Shown here piece by piece: positions 14,478 through 27,386 of a stretch of 64,000 bases of DNA; positions within the stretch are counted from its first letter, which is position 1, and every line of letters begins with the position of its first letter. A program made the position numbers and the translations under genes. The DNA is from Octopus sinensis (Eukaryota): assembly GCF_006345805.1 (NCBI RefSeq), contig NC_043005.1, positions 15,748,001 to 15,812,000 on the forward strand. The letters run 5' to 3'. A model generated the notes under the pieces. The model was not told where the DNA came from. It made no database searches and saw only the letters and a list, made by a program, of their open reading frames with translations.

Positions 14478-14871
14478 TTCTCTTTTACTTGTTTCAGTCA
14501 TTTGACTGCGGCCATGCTGGAGCACCGCCTTTAGTCGATCAAATCGACCCCGGAACTTATTCTTTGTAAGCCCAGTACTTATTCTATCGGTCTCTTTGCC
14601 GAACCGCTAAGTGGCGGGGACGTAGACACACCAGCATCGGTTGTCAAGCAATGCTAGGGGCACAACACAGACACACAAACACAACACACACATATATATA
14701 TATATACATATATACGACAGGCTTCTTTCAGTTTCCGTCTACCAAATCCACTCACAAGGCATTGGTCGGCCCGGGGCTATAGCAGAAGACACTTGCCCAA
14801 GATGCCACGCAGTGGGACTGAACCCGCAACCATGTGGTTGGTTAGCAAGCTACTTACCACACAGCCACTCC
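14478..14871 (-). mobile_element. SINE family A
   Basis: Matches 4130-4544. Confidence 0.88.
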
Positions 14872-15081
14872 TTCTTTCATAAAATATATAAAATCAACTA
14901 ATTTCTCCTTGCTTCTCTCTGTCTCTCTCTCTGTCTCTGTCTCTCTCTCTCTCTCGCGCGCACACACACACATGCTTTCTCCTATGCAATCTCACACTGA
15001 TCTTTTCAGTTACACATTCGCATACACTCAAACACATACGTGTGTTCATGCCCTTTCACATTCACACACACGCTCTGTTCC

Positions 15082-15545
15082 CTCCTTCTTTCTTTACTTC
15101 CTTCTTCTCTTTTTTCTTTCTTCTATTCCCCCTCCCTCTCTTCCTTCCTTCTTTCTTACTTCCTTCTTCTTTTTTCTTTCTTCTATTCCCCCTCTCTCTT
15201 CCTTCCTCTTTCTTTACTTCCTTCTTCTCTTTTTTCTTTCTTCTATTCCCCCTCTCTCTTCCTTCCTTCTTTCTTTACTTCCTTCTTCTCTTTTTTCTTT
15301 CTTCTATTCCCCTCTCTCTCTTCCTTCCTTCTTTCTTTACTTCCTTCTTCTCTTTTTTCTTTCTTCTATTCCCCCTCTCTCTCTTCCTTCCTTCTTTCTT
15401 TACTTCCTTCTTCTCTTTTTTCTTTCTTCTATTCCCCCTCTCTCTCTTCCTTCCTTCTTTCTTTACTTCCTTCTTCTCTTTTTTCTTTCTTTATATCCCC
15501 CCTCTCTCTCTCTCTCTTCCTTCCTTCTTTCTTCTCTCACCCTCT
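15082..15545. repeat. Pyrimidine-rich minisatellite, ~60-bp unit, about 7 copies
   Basis: CTTTACTTCCTTCTTCTCTTTTTTCTTTCTTCTATTCCCCCTCTCTCT repeated. Confidence 0.9.
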
Positions 15546-15924
15546 CTCTCCCCTCCCATCTATTCGGCACCATCGGAAAACATCCTTCCCCGACGAAAGA
15601 TGAACCCCCCTCCCATCCTCTCCAACACACAATTTTCATCATCTTATACTTACTATTATTCACCGGTGCAGATCATCACTAGTTTCTCCAGATCCTAATG
15701 TCTATTTGTGAAGTTTTTGGTCGAAATGTCTATTCAACCAGAACACAGAAATGAAATACTATTGATGTAGTTTTACTCCGACTGACTCTGGATCGGATTG
15801 GTATATTCCATGCGACATTCCATTGTTCCATAACGGATTGTTATATTTCACATAACAGGCAGGTTATCTGATAGTTCACTGACCACGTTCTGTACATTCT
15901 ACCTTCCTAATCTGACTGCTGGAT

Positions 15925-16343
15925 TCTTATTTTTTTATTGCCGAAAAATGAGCCAAACATAGAGGGGACAAACAAGGACAGACAAGGGGATTAAGTTGAT
16001 TACATCGACCCCAGTGCGTAACTGGTACTTAATTTATCGACCCCGAAAGGATGAAAGGCGAAGTCGACCTCGGCGGAAATTGAACTCAGAACGTAGCGGC
16101 AGACGAAATACCTATTTCTTTACTACCCGCAAGGGGCTAAACACAGAGAGGAAAACAAGGACAGACAAACGGATTAAGTCGATTATATCGACCCCAGTGC
16201 GTAACTGGTACCTCTTTAATCGACCCCGAAAGGATGAAAAGCAAAGTCGACCTCGGCGGAATTTGAACTCAGAACGTAACGGCAGACGAAATACTGCTAA
16301 GCATTTCATCCAACGTGCTAACGTTTCTGCCAGCTCGCCGCCT
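15925..16343 (-). mobile_element. SINE family B, tandem dimer
   Basis: Two units of about 180 bp plus one head. Confidence 0.85.
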
Positions 16344-16700
16344 TCTATCTGGCCTTTGTCGTCTAGTTATACCTGGTACAGTATTTACCGTCCATGGTTC
16401 GGATTACATGTAACCCTAAGGCTCCATGCATCGAATGAGGCAGACAGACTGTAGCAGAACAACACCTAAGGTTTGCCCAGCGTGAGGCGGGTGGTAGCCG
16501 TCCAATGAGAAATGAGGGTCTCTCCTTCCTTTGAAAGCTGTCCTTGGTGTCTAGCTCTAAGCTAATTTGAATGCATGCCAATAACTGGTATCATAGTAGT
16601 GAGGTGATACCGTAGTGTCCTCTCCAGAGTGCAGGCCTGGGCAGGTTTTGTATGGGTGACCAACAGTTGTTTGTCCAGTAGGTGTCTTCTCTCCATGTAA

Positions 16701-17286
16701 ATAATCCTTTCTACTATAGGCACAAGGCCTGAAATTTGGGGAAGTGGACTAGTCGATTACATCGACCCCAGTACTCAAGTGGTACTTAATTTATCGACTC
16801 CGAAAGGATGAAAGGCAAAGTCGACCTCGACGAAATTTAAACTCGGAATGTAAAGACGGATGAAATACCTATTTCTCTACTATCCACGAGGGGCTAAACA
16901 CAGAGGGAACAAACAAGGACAGACAAACGGATTACGTCGATTATATTGACCCCAGTGCGTAACTGGTACATATTTAATCGACCCCGAAAGGATGAAAGGC
17001 AAAGTCGACCTCGGCGGAATTTGAACTCAGAACGTAGCGGCAGACGAAATACCTATTTCTTTACTACCCACAAGGGGCTAAACACAGAGAGGACAAACAA
17101 GGACAGACAAACGGATTAAGTCGATTATATCGACCCCAGTGCGCAACTGGTACTTATTTAATCGACCCCGAAAGGATGAAAGGCAAAGTCAACCTCGGCG
17201 GAATTTGAACTCAGAACGTACCGGCAGACGAAATACCGCTAAGCATTTCATCCGGTGTGCTAACGGTTTTGCCAGCTCGCCGCCTT
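16701..17286 (-). mobile_element. SINE family B, tandem trimer
   Basis: Three units joined at GACGAAATA|CCTATTTC. Confidence 0.85.
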
Positions 17287-17346
17287 TAGACGGAATAATA
17301 ATAATCATACAAAGAAGAAAATGCGCCATTTTTTTTTTGTTGCAGT

Positions 17347-17621
17347 ATGGCCTAGTGGTTAGAGCAGTGGACTCGTGGTCGAGGGATCGCAGGTTCGAAT
17401 CTCAGTCCGGGTGATGTGTGTGTTTATGAGCTCCACACTGCTCCGGCAGAAAGTAATGGCGAACTTCTGCTGGCTTTTTCGCCAAAACTTTCTCTCACTC
17501 TTTCCTCCTGCATCTTGCAGCTCACCTGCAACGGACTGGCATCCTGTCCAGGTGGGGAACCTATACACCAAGGAAACCGGGAAACCGGCCCTTATGAGCC
17601 AGGTGTGGCTCGAGAAAGAAC
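17347..17621 (+). mobile_element. SINE, family C-type head with an alternative tail
   Basis: TGGCCTAGTGGTTAGAGC..GGTTCGAATC; matches 32989-33295. Confidence 0.82.
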
Positions 17622-17767
17622 AAAAAATCAACAAACATTATTACTATCAAATCATTTCATCCTTTGGGTTCGATAAAATAAGTACCAGTTAAGTAATCAA
17701 CTTACTCCCTTCCTTGAAATTGCGGGCCTTGTGCCAAAATATGAAATCGATATTGTATCTTCTCTAA

Positions 17768-17990
17768 TCTATTATATAAAATCCGTCTGTCTGTCTGTCT
17801 GTCTGTCTGTGTGTGTCTTCTAGGATCTCGGGCATCCTCCACCCGATTGCGCTCAAATTTGATATGTAGATACCGACGGTATCAGGGCGTGTATAAGTCT
17901 TGAAAAAGTTACAAAAATCGATTCCAGGTGAGAATGCGATCGACAAAGTCGTGGGAACCTGCATTTGTACGCGTAAGTGCATCAGCTGTT
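17768..17990 (+). mobile_element. Helitron-like 5' fragment of another family
   Basis: ATCTATTATATAAAA followed by (TCTG)n, the same layout as the 5' ends of the other copies; no CTAG end found. Confidence 0.45.
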
Positions 17991-18436
17991 GTGATGTACT
18001 TACTGGTACTTTAAGCTCTTCTGTTGCATATTTGTGTGAATAAAATCGATTTTCTTTGGAATAGAAAAAAAGTCTATCTTTATTTCTTCTTTTGCTGGTG
18101 TCTCAAATTTAGGTTAAATCAGTGTTTCTCAAAGGGGAGGCCTATGGGAAGTTATTTTGTGACAAGTTGTTTTGAGAATATTTGGTTTAAATGTTTGACA
18201 ACTCAGCACCGTCCATTGGACGGGGGACGTTTTGTTCGTCTTATCTATATTATATTTGAACCAGAATGAATTGTAATCACTAAAGTCACCCCAGTTAAGG
18301 TGTGAAGCTGTTGTAATTGAGATATATCACCTGGTGAGATGGTTATTGATGTCAGTGTATACGTGTTTATTATTGTGTATTATGTTAATGTTTCATGTCT
18401 CTACATTTTTCTTGTATGTTTTTATTTATTATGTGA

Positions 18437-18845
18437 TACTCTTTCCTCTTTTAGTTGTTTCAGTCATTTGACTGTGGCCATGTTGGAGCACCGCCTTTAG
18501 TCGAGCAAAACGACCCCAGAACTTATTCTTTGTAAGCTTAGCACTTATTCTATCGGTCTCTTTTGCCGAACCGCTAAGTTACGGAGACGTAAACACAGCA
18601 TCAAGCGATGTTGGGGGGACAAACACAGAGACAAACAAACAGACAGACAGACAGATACACACACACACACACACACATACAACGCACGCGTCTTTCAGTT
18701 TCCATCTACCAAATCCACTCACAAGGCTTTGGTTGGCCTGAGGCTATAGTAGAAGACACTTGCCCAAGCTGCCACACAGTGGGACTGAACCCAGAACCAT
18801 GTGGTTGGTAAACGAGCTACTTACCACAGAGCCACTCCTGCACCT
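18437..18845 (-). mobile_element. SINE family A
   Basis: Matches 4130-4544. Confidence 0.85.
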
Positions 18846-19218
18846 ATGATCACTATTCTTTTTTTTTTTTTTTTTTTTTCATTTAGTGTAGTTTGTAGTA
18901 TCTGTGTACTGGATGGATGATTTGAAGAGTGTTATGAGGCCCCCTCCTCTGTGATATGGTCTTCCCAATTTCATAGGAGTATAATTTGAGATTTTAGATA
19001 TCCTGCATGGTAATTTCTGAAACGTTTCCTGCATGTCTGATGATAATATTTTTTTGTTTTTTGCTCCATAGATCTAATTTATGTTAATACATTTGTTTTG
19101 TAGTATTTTTAAATTCTATTTAAAATGTATATGGAATTGTGACTTTAGGAACAATACTTCTGTGTTTTTTTCCATTCTTTCAAGTGTTGTTACTGCCACT
19201 GTTTTTGTCTCTATAATA

Positions 19219-19410
19219 TGCAGGTGGCACGTAAAAAACACCCACTACACTCGCGGAGTGGTTGGCGTTAGGAAGGGCATCCAGCCGTAGAAACACTGCC
19301 AAATCTGACTGGGCCTGATGAAGCCTTCCGGCTTCACAGACCCCAGTTAAACCGTCCAACCCATGCTAGCATGGAAAACGGACGCTAAATGATGATGATG
19401 ATGATGATGA
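19219..19410 (+). mobile_element. Retroposon 3' tail ending in (GAT)n (RTE-type)
   Basis: GGCGTTAGGAAGGGCATCCAGC..CCATGCTAGCATGGAA..GATGATG; further copies at 40253-40585 (-), 54525-54712 (-), 55615-55870 (+), 56270-56422 (+), 62640-62732 (+). Confidence 0.75.
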
Positions 19411-20438
19411 ATAACATGTATTTATAAAGAGTCTTGTAAATGGTATTGAATGTATTTGTCTGAGTATTTTCATGAACATTTTCAGAAGTTTTTAAAGTTT
19501 TTTTCATCCAGAGTCATCACATTTACTGCGTTCTGATCCAACAAACATGACGACTCTGTTTCAATATGTTTCTCTGTGATGAACCGACAGCATTTAAACA
19601 GAATTCAGACCATCGCTATCTCACATCTTCTTCTGGCATATATATTCTGGTTGACATTATCCAGCATATTCAGACATTGAGTGACAGTACAATGTTATTT
19701 GGAGGAGATTTAACTGATAATAATAGTAGGCTAATTAAAGTATGTAGCAAATCCTTTATAGGGATATTGGTTTATTATGTAAGCAGTGGTCTGCACTACC
19801 ACTTTCCCATATATATATATATAATTATAACAATAATTATATATATATATATATAATTATAACAATAATTAAGAGTTTAGCAACAAGTTGCTTCACCACA
19901 TCACATACTGAAAATTTAGAAATAGCAGCCAAAAGACTGCTATTTCTTTTTCTTACAAAATATGTTGACAAAGGAAATGAATTTTTATAATTCTAATCCA
20001 GAAACACGTCCATAATTAATCGAAGACTGTTTGATTTCATTATTTTTCTTCTTTTTACCTATGTGAGTTACAAACGTTGTTATCTGTGGAGACGTATTTT
20101 GTAGGAAAAAGAAATAGCGGTCTTTTGGCTGCTATTTCTAAATTTTCGGTATGTGGTGAAGCAACTTGTCGCCAAACCCTTAATTATTGTTATAATTATA
20201 TATCAAAAATACTTTTTGTATAAGTTTTTACCAAATATGGTTCTTTTCCATTCCGAAACTATTTGGTAAAATTTATTAATTTATTAAATTAATAATTCTT
20301 TACCCTATATCTATAATGATTATATATATATATATATATATATATTCTCCTTATGGTGCCTATATAGAAATGCATGGATTGTAATATTCTTAAATCAGTA
20401 GTCTGTAATTCTACAGCGTACCTATTTATAGTTAAGTA

Positions 20439-21728
20439 CAAGGGTGGGCTAAAAAGCTCATAGACAGACTATGAAAGAGTGATGCTAGAGCTGTGAAATC
20501 TAACATGCATTAATTAAACTCTTCTTATTAATAACTGGATTGTTTCTTTTACAGGTAAACTGATATTTCAGAGTTCAAAGAATACTTCAAAAATAACTAG
20601 TAGTGGCTGCTCTTAAAAATCGACAAAACTTGGCATTGGGGTGTTATCATGTACCTGCAGAAAAAAGAGTGTAGCCCCCAACGATATTCATACTGATATG
20701 GTCGCTACATTAGGGGATGATGCTTCAGCTTTATCAATAGTGCAAAAGTTAACAAGTGAATTTAGAAGGCGAAGAGTGAGTCTTGAAGATGACCCAAGTT
20801 CTTGACATCCTACAACTGTAACTACCAAGGAAAACATTGATGATGTTCAACACATGGTGTGGAATAACAGGTGATTGACTATAAAAATAAATATAGCTAA
20901 TACTATTAACATATCCTGTGAAAGAGTTGAGAATATTCTGCAAAAGGAACTTGGCATGATGGTGGTTTCTGTTCAGTGGGTACCATGTGTTTTGACACCT
21001 GATCAAAAGTGTATCAGTCTGATCACATTACGGGGAAAACCTGACATTATTTGAAGCAGACCCAGCTGGTTTCCATGAACATTTCCTCAGGCAGGATAAG
21101 TGTTGGGTTCATCACTTTGAGCCAGAGACAAAGAAACAATCCATGTAGTGGAAACACCTCTCCTCACCTGCGCCAAAGTCGTTTCATCTGTAGAGAAGGT
21201 GATGTCTTTGGTTTTGGGAGATGCAAAAGACATTGTGTTTATTGAATATCTTCAAAAGAGCCACACCATCAATGGTGAGTACTATGCCAACGTACAGAGG
21301 CAGTTACAAAAGGCTATCAAGATCAAAAGCCCAGGAAAATTGGTGAAAGGGGTTTTGTTTCATTAGGACAATACTCCAGCACACAAGTTCTTGGTTTCAA
21401 TGGCTGCTGTGCGTGACTGTGGCTTTGAACAGATTGATCAGCCTACATATTCTCCTGATTTGGCCCCATCTGACTATCATGTGTTCCTCAACATGGAAAA
21501 ACATTTGACTGGGAATCAGTATCACATTGATGGTGACATCATATCTGCTGTTGATGACTTTTTTTGCCCAACAAGATGAAAGCTTGTTTGTTAATAAAAT
21601 CAAGTACTGCAACGCTGATGGAAGAAGTGTATGGACCACAAAGGGGACTATGTTGAAAAATAAACCTTATTTGACTATATTCCATGAAAGTATCTTGGTT
21701 AGCTTATGAACTTTTCAGTCAACCCTCA
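20439..21728 (+). mobile_element. Full-length degenerate mariner (irritans-like), about 1290 bp
   Basis: TA flanks; imperfect TIRs CAAGGGTGGGCTAAAAAGCTCATA / TGAGGGTTGACTGAAAAGTTCATA; remnants WVPCVLTPDQK, DNTPAH, YSPDLAPSDYHVF; many stops. Subfamily is from recalled motifs. Confidence 0.9.
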
Positions 21729-24549
21729 TACATTGGAAAGAATTCGTTTTGCATGGGCTTGTACCATTTATATCATGTGGAATTTGGCTTCTCTTTCATG
21801 GGGAACCTGTACTTCCCCATGAAACCTGCTTACAACTAGGAGTTCTTCTTACTGTAGTAGACCTGTATAGCCCTAGGGCACCAATATGCAGCTAGATGGA
21901 TTGGTCTAATCTTACCTCAGGGAATATCTTTCCATTGTATCTTTTACAGATACATGGATGGTATGATTCTAAAAGTGATGATCTATGCTGTCTCATGATA
22001 CCAATTTGCAACTGGATGTATTGTTGTTAAGTGTCAATGCTAATAAACTGAGAATATGTGACCTTTTGGTTAACCTTATCAAAATATAAAGGGAAACCCT
22101 CCTACCTGGTGAGATATATATGGTTGATACTCAGTTTGAACTCCTTTGGGTTGATGTTTATTGATGATCGTTCTGTGGCTGGAAGGTAGGAATGAATTCT
22201 AGTTCTAAAATAAGGTATCAAGTGCAGTGTTTCACAGATAGTTTAACAGACTATCTACAGAAAGAATGAAAGGGTGATCCTGATAATGTTCCCTCTGAGC
22301 CATGAATGTGTATGTATTAGTCTTGCAATTGGTGTGCAAAAGAGATTAATGTCTTCACAGGAAATTGTATACAAATGAATTAATTCAAGGTAATTGGTAA
22401 GGAACTGGCAGGTGTAGTGGGTGGGTTTAGGTAGATGCAATGAAGCACAGATGATAAGTTCAGAAGAGCAGAGACTATTGTAGTAGTGGTAGCAAAGACA
22501 AATTGAGGGTACAATATATTGCAAGTTGAAGTATTTTAAAAATATTCTCTTTTCTTTACACGAGAAGGATGAAATTCAAAGATGACCTAGGCAGAGTCTA
22601 AACTAAAAACTAAGACTTGTAGAGAAGTACCAAACCATCGGATTCTATTATCCACTGTCAGAAACTCGAATTTGGACCAATTCCTTTTCCTTCTATGTCA
22701 TCATTCAATAATTTACCGATTTATTGTGAAGAGTGGTAGAAATGATAGGGAGCTAAACTAAGTATTTGGCACTGTTTACTTGCATCTTTCTATGATCTAA
22801 GTCCAAATCTGGCAGAATTTGAAAGTAACTTTCAACACCCACAGGTGTAAGGGATGACAAAATACACACCAGGTATATTCTGAATCAATGTCAATTAATT
22901 GTATCTAATTAATTGTATCTTTTATCCAAAACAATTCTAAACTTATGCTTAGCCAATAAATCAATGAAATCCCTTTCCGAGGATCCTTTATTTATCTAAG
23001 TTTATTCAATTCTGTAAGAAGAAATTTTATAATTACTTCTACCAAATATTTTTCCTTTGATTTTTTGTTCTTCATTACTTATCATATTTTCAAATACTAA
23101 AATGTTCTAATGGCATGTTTTGCCTTGCATCTCTCTTAGAGTCATTCACAGGATTATATAATTCAAATATTGCCCATATAATTTCATGCCATATTGATGT
23201 CTTTACAATACAAAGCTTGCTCCTTAAACTATGGGTCATGAACCCAAATGGGGCTGCAAAGCAAAATGCTGGGGTCGTGAAAATTAAATTCAAACAATTG
23301 AATTTCAGTTTAAATGTTATTTCACAAATGCATATTTAATACCTGGGGCCCTGAAAAATTTCGTGATGAAAAAAGGAGTCATGAATGAAAAAAGTTTAAG
23401 AAGTGCTGGTCTATACAATACTGGGTCATATATAGCAATATGCTATGATGTCATATATAGCTAAAACAATTTAGGCCTATATACTATCTGTATTATGTAG
23501 GGCTATATATATCTGTGTGTGTGTGTGTGTGTGTGTGTATGATGGTGCATGGCTTGTGAGGTTGTGAGTTCACTTCCCAGACAGGGCCATGTATTGTGTT
23601 CTTGAACAAGCCACTGCATTTCATATTACTCCAGTTCACTGGCCCCAAGATGTATCAGCCTTTGCCTCTCTCTTGGACGACATTGGTGCCATTAAGAGGG
23701 GGAAATGGTATGCATGGGTGATAGCTGGTCTTCTACAAACAAACTTACTCAGAATTGTGCTTTGGAGGAGAACTTTTGAGGTCCAATCCCGTGGTCATTT
23801 GTGACCAAAGGGTGTCTTTACCCCTTGTACAAAATTTATATGTATGCATGTATATACATATACATACATATTTTTATGTGTATGTGTGTGTATATCACTT
23901 TCATCTCCGTGTTAAGGGCCACTTTTCCATGGAGTTTATTGAGGCAGGTTTTCTATGGTTAGATTATTTTTCTGTCACCAGCCTACAGCTGTTTCGAAGC
24001 AAGGTAAAAGATGATGATATAATATGGGTATATAATATACATAGATAATATGATAAAAAATACTGTTTGTGACCTCAGACCTATATGCTGGCTATAAATG
24101 TAGTATATAATAAAATGTGTCTCTCTAATATAGAACTGTAGATATATATCGTCTATTCGATATAGAACTATACATTGTCTGTATGATAAATTAAAAAATA
24201 CTTTACAGTATTTACACTGTGCAATACAGTTCTTTATAATGTCTGTAAGAAACAGGATTATAGTCTCCATTAAACGCTGGGTCATAAGCTGTTGATATAA
24301 GAGTTATGTACTGTTTGTGTATATAGAGGGCTATAAAACATTTTATATAATAAAAGGTTGCAAACACAATATAGTGATATATGCTACAGTAACTCCTCAC
24401 CATATTGTGGTTCACCTATTGCAGTCTAATATCTAAGCTTTGCATTTATAATAAAATAAATATATACAAATTAGGAAAATAATTAAAGAAAATATAGAGT
24501 ACAATACTGTTTCTACTTCGCAGATTTTCACCTATCGCGGGGGGCTTTA

Positions 24550-24760
24550 GATTCAAATTTTGGTACAAGGCTTCCAAGTTTGGAGAAGGAAGTAAGTTAA
24601 TTATATTAACCCCACTGATTAACTGGTATCTATTTTATCGACCCCACCCCCGAAAAGATGAAAGTCGACCTCGGCAGAATTTGAACTTTGGACGTAAAGA
24701 CGGATGAAATGCCACTAAGCATTTTGCCCAGTGTGCTAATGATTCTGCCAGCTCATGCCC
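24550..24760 (-). mobile_element. SINE family B (diverged)
   Basis: Shared motifs. Confidence 0.7.
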
Positions 24761-25111
24761 TATACACACATATATACTTATATATTACTGTTAGCTTTTA
24801 TAATGGGGTCCAGTTGAATCTAACGCAGTGTAAAATAGAAAAACATTTTTTAAAAAATTCCTCTTTGGCTAAAGTCAATAAAAGTAGGGACAATGATTTT
24901 TTTTGCCATAAATCCAGCCATGACATCTGATAGACATTGGGCAGCTGTTCTTTATTTTTGTTTTTATGTTTCATTATTTGTTTCAATGTTTTGTCACGAA
25001 ATGGTGCAGCTTTAATTCCATTGTAGTTTAGACAATAAAATACAAAGTGTTTGAAATATTTGTACAACAATTTTGTTTGCGTTATTCTTGATGTTTATAT
25101 ATTACAATATA

Positions 25112-25516
25112 TACTCTTTTACTCTTTTACTTGTTTCAGTCATTTGACTGCGGCCATGCTGGAGCACCGCCTTTAATCGAGCAACTCGACCCTGGGACTT
25201 ATTCTTTTGCAGCCCAGTACTTATTCTATCGGACTCTTTTGCTGAACCGCTAAGTGATGGGGACGTAAACACACCAGCATCAGTTGTCAAGCAATGCTTG
25301 GGGGACAAACACAGACACACAAACACACACACATACACATATATATATACATATATACGACAGGCTTCTTTCAGTTTCCATCTACCAAATCCACTCACAA
25401 GGCTTTGGTTGGCCTGAGGCTATAGTAGAAGACACTTGCCCAAGGTGCCACGCAGTGGGACTGAACCCGGAACCATGTGGTTGGTAAACAAGCTACTTAC
25501 CACACAGCCACTCCTG
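25112..25516 (-). mobile_element. SINE family A
   Basis: Matches 4130-4544. Confidence 0.88.
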
Positions 25517-25554
25517 TAATATATATATATATATATATATATTACAAAGATATA

Positions 25555-25979
25555 TATATGGTAATTTTGAGAAGGACTGAGAGAGCAATGGTGAGAGAAA
25601 TGTGTGGGGGTGAAGCTGTTTGATAAGAGGAGGACTAAGGATTTGATGGGAATGTTGGGGTTGGAGGAATTGGTGGAATGGTTGGCGAGGGCAAATGGAG
25701 TGAGGTGGTATGGGCATGTGTTGAGGAGGGATGAAGAACATGTTCTGAGGAGGTTGATTGTGTTTGAGGTAAATGGAGCGTGAAAGTGAGGTAGACTGAG
25801 GAAAAGGTGGAGGGGACAGGTGGAGGGGACAGGTGGAGGAGCAGATTGGGAAGGTTGGTTTGAAAAAAGAGGACACCCAAAACCAGGCAAGATGGCGAGA
25901 TAATGTGAGGGCGGTTGCTTATGACATCGAGGTAGATCCGGCAACCCCCATTAATGGGATCAAAACCCGATTTAAAACA

Positions 25980-26012
<33 letters not shown>
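25555..26012 (+). mobile_element. RTE LINE 3' end
   Basis: LRRTERAMVREMCGV..RWYGHVLRRDE..GR; (GAT)n tail. Confidence 0.8.
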
Positions 26013-26450
26013 ATACTGTCCATATAATACGGGTATATATGCCATTCATATAAGGCCCCTATGTTGTACATATATGGACTGCATTTATACAATTTAGGCC
26101 CATATATTCTTTAAGTAATATAGGGCTATGCATTGTTAATGTAATATAAGGTTATAATTGTCTGTACAATACAAGTTTATACATTGTTCATCTAATATAG
26201 AGCTATATACTATCCTTACAGGCTATATACAATCTATATAGCTCACAAATAGACACCAACCATACACTCTAAGACTATATATTCTTTATAATATAGGACA
26301 GGACCAAGCACAGTCTATACAACGGAGTAATTTACTCTTTATGTAATACGCAGACATATACTGGTACATACATACTGGGTTATATACTATCTATATAAAA
26401 TGGATATACACTGCTCATAGAATATAGGGATATATACTATAAATACATGT

Positions 26451-26825
26451 ACAGGCGTGGCTGTGTGGTAAGATTAATGCTTCCCAACCACCATTGTTCC
26501 AGGTTCAGTCTCACTGCGGGGCACCTTGGCAAGTGTCTTCTACTATAGCCTTAAGCTGACTAATGTCTTGTGAATGGGTTTGGCAGATGGAAACTGAAAG
26601 AAGCTTGTTGTATATATGTATGTGTGTGTCTTCGTGTCTGTATTTGCTTGCTGCCACCATTGCTTGACAACTGATGCTGGTGTATTTATGTCCCTGTAAC
26701 TTAGCGGTTTGGCAAAAGAGACCAATAGAATAAGTACTAGGCCTACAAAGAATAAAACTAAAACTCTTTAAGGCAGTGCTCCAGCATGGCTGCAGTCAAA
26801 TAACTGAAATAAGTAAAAGAATAAA
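26451..26825 (+). mobile_element. SINE family A
   Basis: Opposite orientation, diverged. Confidence 0.8.
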
Positions 26826-26968
26826 AGGCAAATAAAAGATTACTCCCCATACCAGATCATACACTGTTTTTTTTTTACAGTACAAGGTTATACACTGGGG
26901 GGGGGGAGCATATAATTATGGGGGGGGGGGCATATAATTACTAGGGCCATATAATTACTGAGTCAAAT

Positions 26969-27137
26969 GGCAGGGGTGGCTGTGTGGTAAGTAGCTTGCT
27001 TACCAACTACATGATTCTGGGCTCATTCCCACCGCGTGGCACCTTTGGCAAGTGTCTTCTACTATAACCTCAGGCCGACCAAAGCCTTGTGAGTGGATTT
27101 CATAGATGGAAACTGAAAGAAGCCCATCGTATATATG

Positions 27138-27170
<33 letters not shown>

Positions 27171-27386
27171 ATATGTTTGTGCATCTGTGTTTGTCCCCCC
27201 AATATCGCTTGACAACCCATGGTGGTGTGTTTACATTCCCGTAACTTAGCGGTTTGGCAAAAGAGACCATTAGAATAAGTACTAGGCTTACAAAGAATAA
27301 GTCCTGAGGTCGATTTCTTCAACTAAAGGTGGTGCTTCAGTATGGCCACAGTCAAGTGACTGAAACAAGTAAAAGAGTGAAAGAGT
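26969..27386 (+). mobile_element. SINE family A inserted in a GGCCATATAATTACT minisatellite
   Basis: Family A sequence with the minisatellite unit on both sides (about 26900-26960 and 27390-27515). Confidence 0.82.

Noticed and set aside
14909-15698. Long Phe/Leu/Ser-rich ORFs resembling membrane proteins; CRISPR-like spacing
   Set aside because: Pyrimidine minisatellite with no unique spacers, in eukaryotic DNA.
17347-17410. tRNA-like sequence (also 32989, 44283, 47240)
   Set aside because: SINE heads with no complete acceptor stem, continuing into repeat bodies.
18020-22500. Possible LINE endonuclease remnants (18020-18430, 18900-19200, 21900-22500)
   Set aside because: Only faint motifs (WGDF, RGGGL) amid many stops; not enough to assign.
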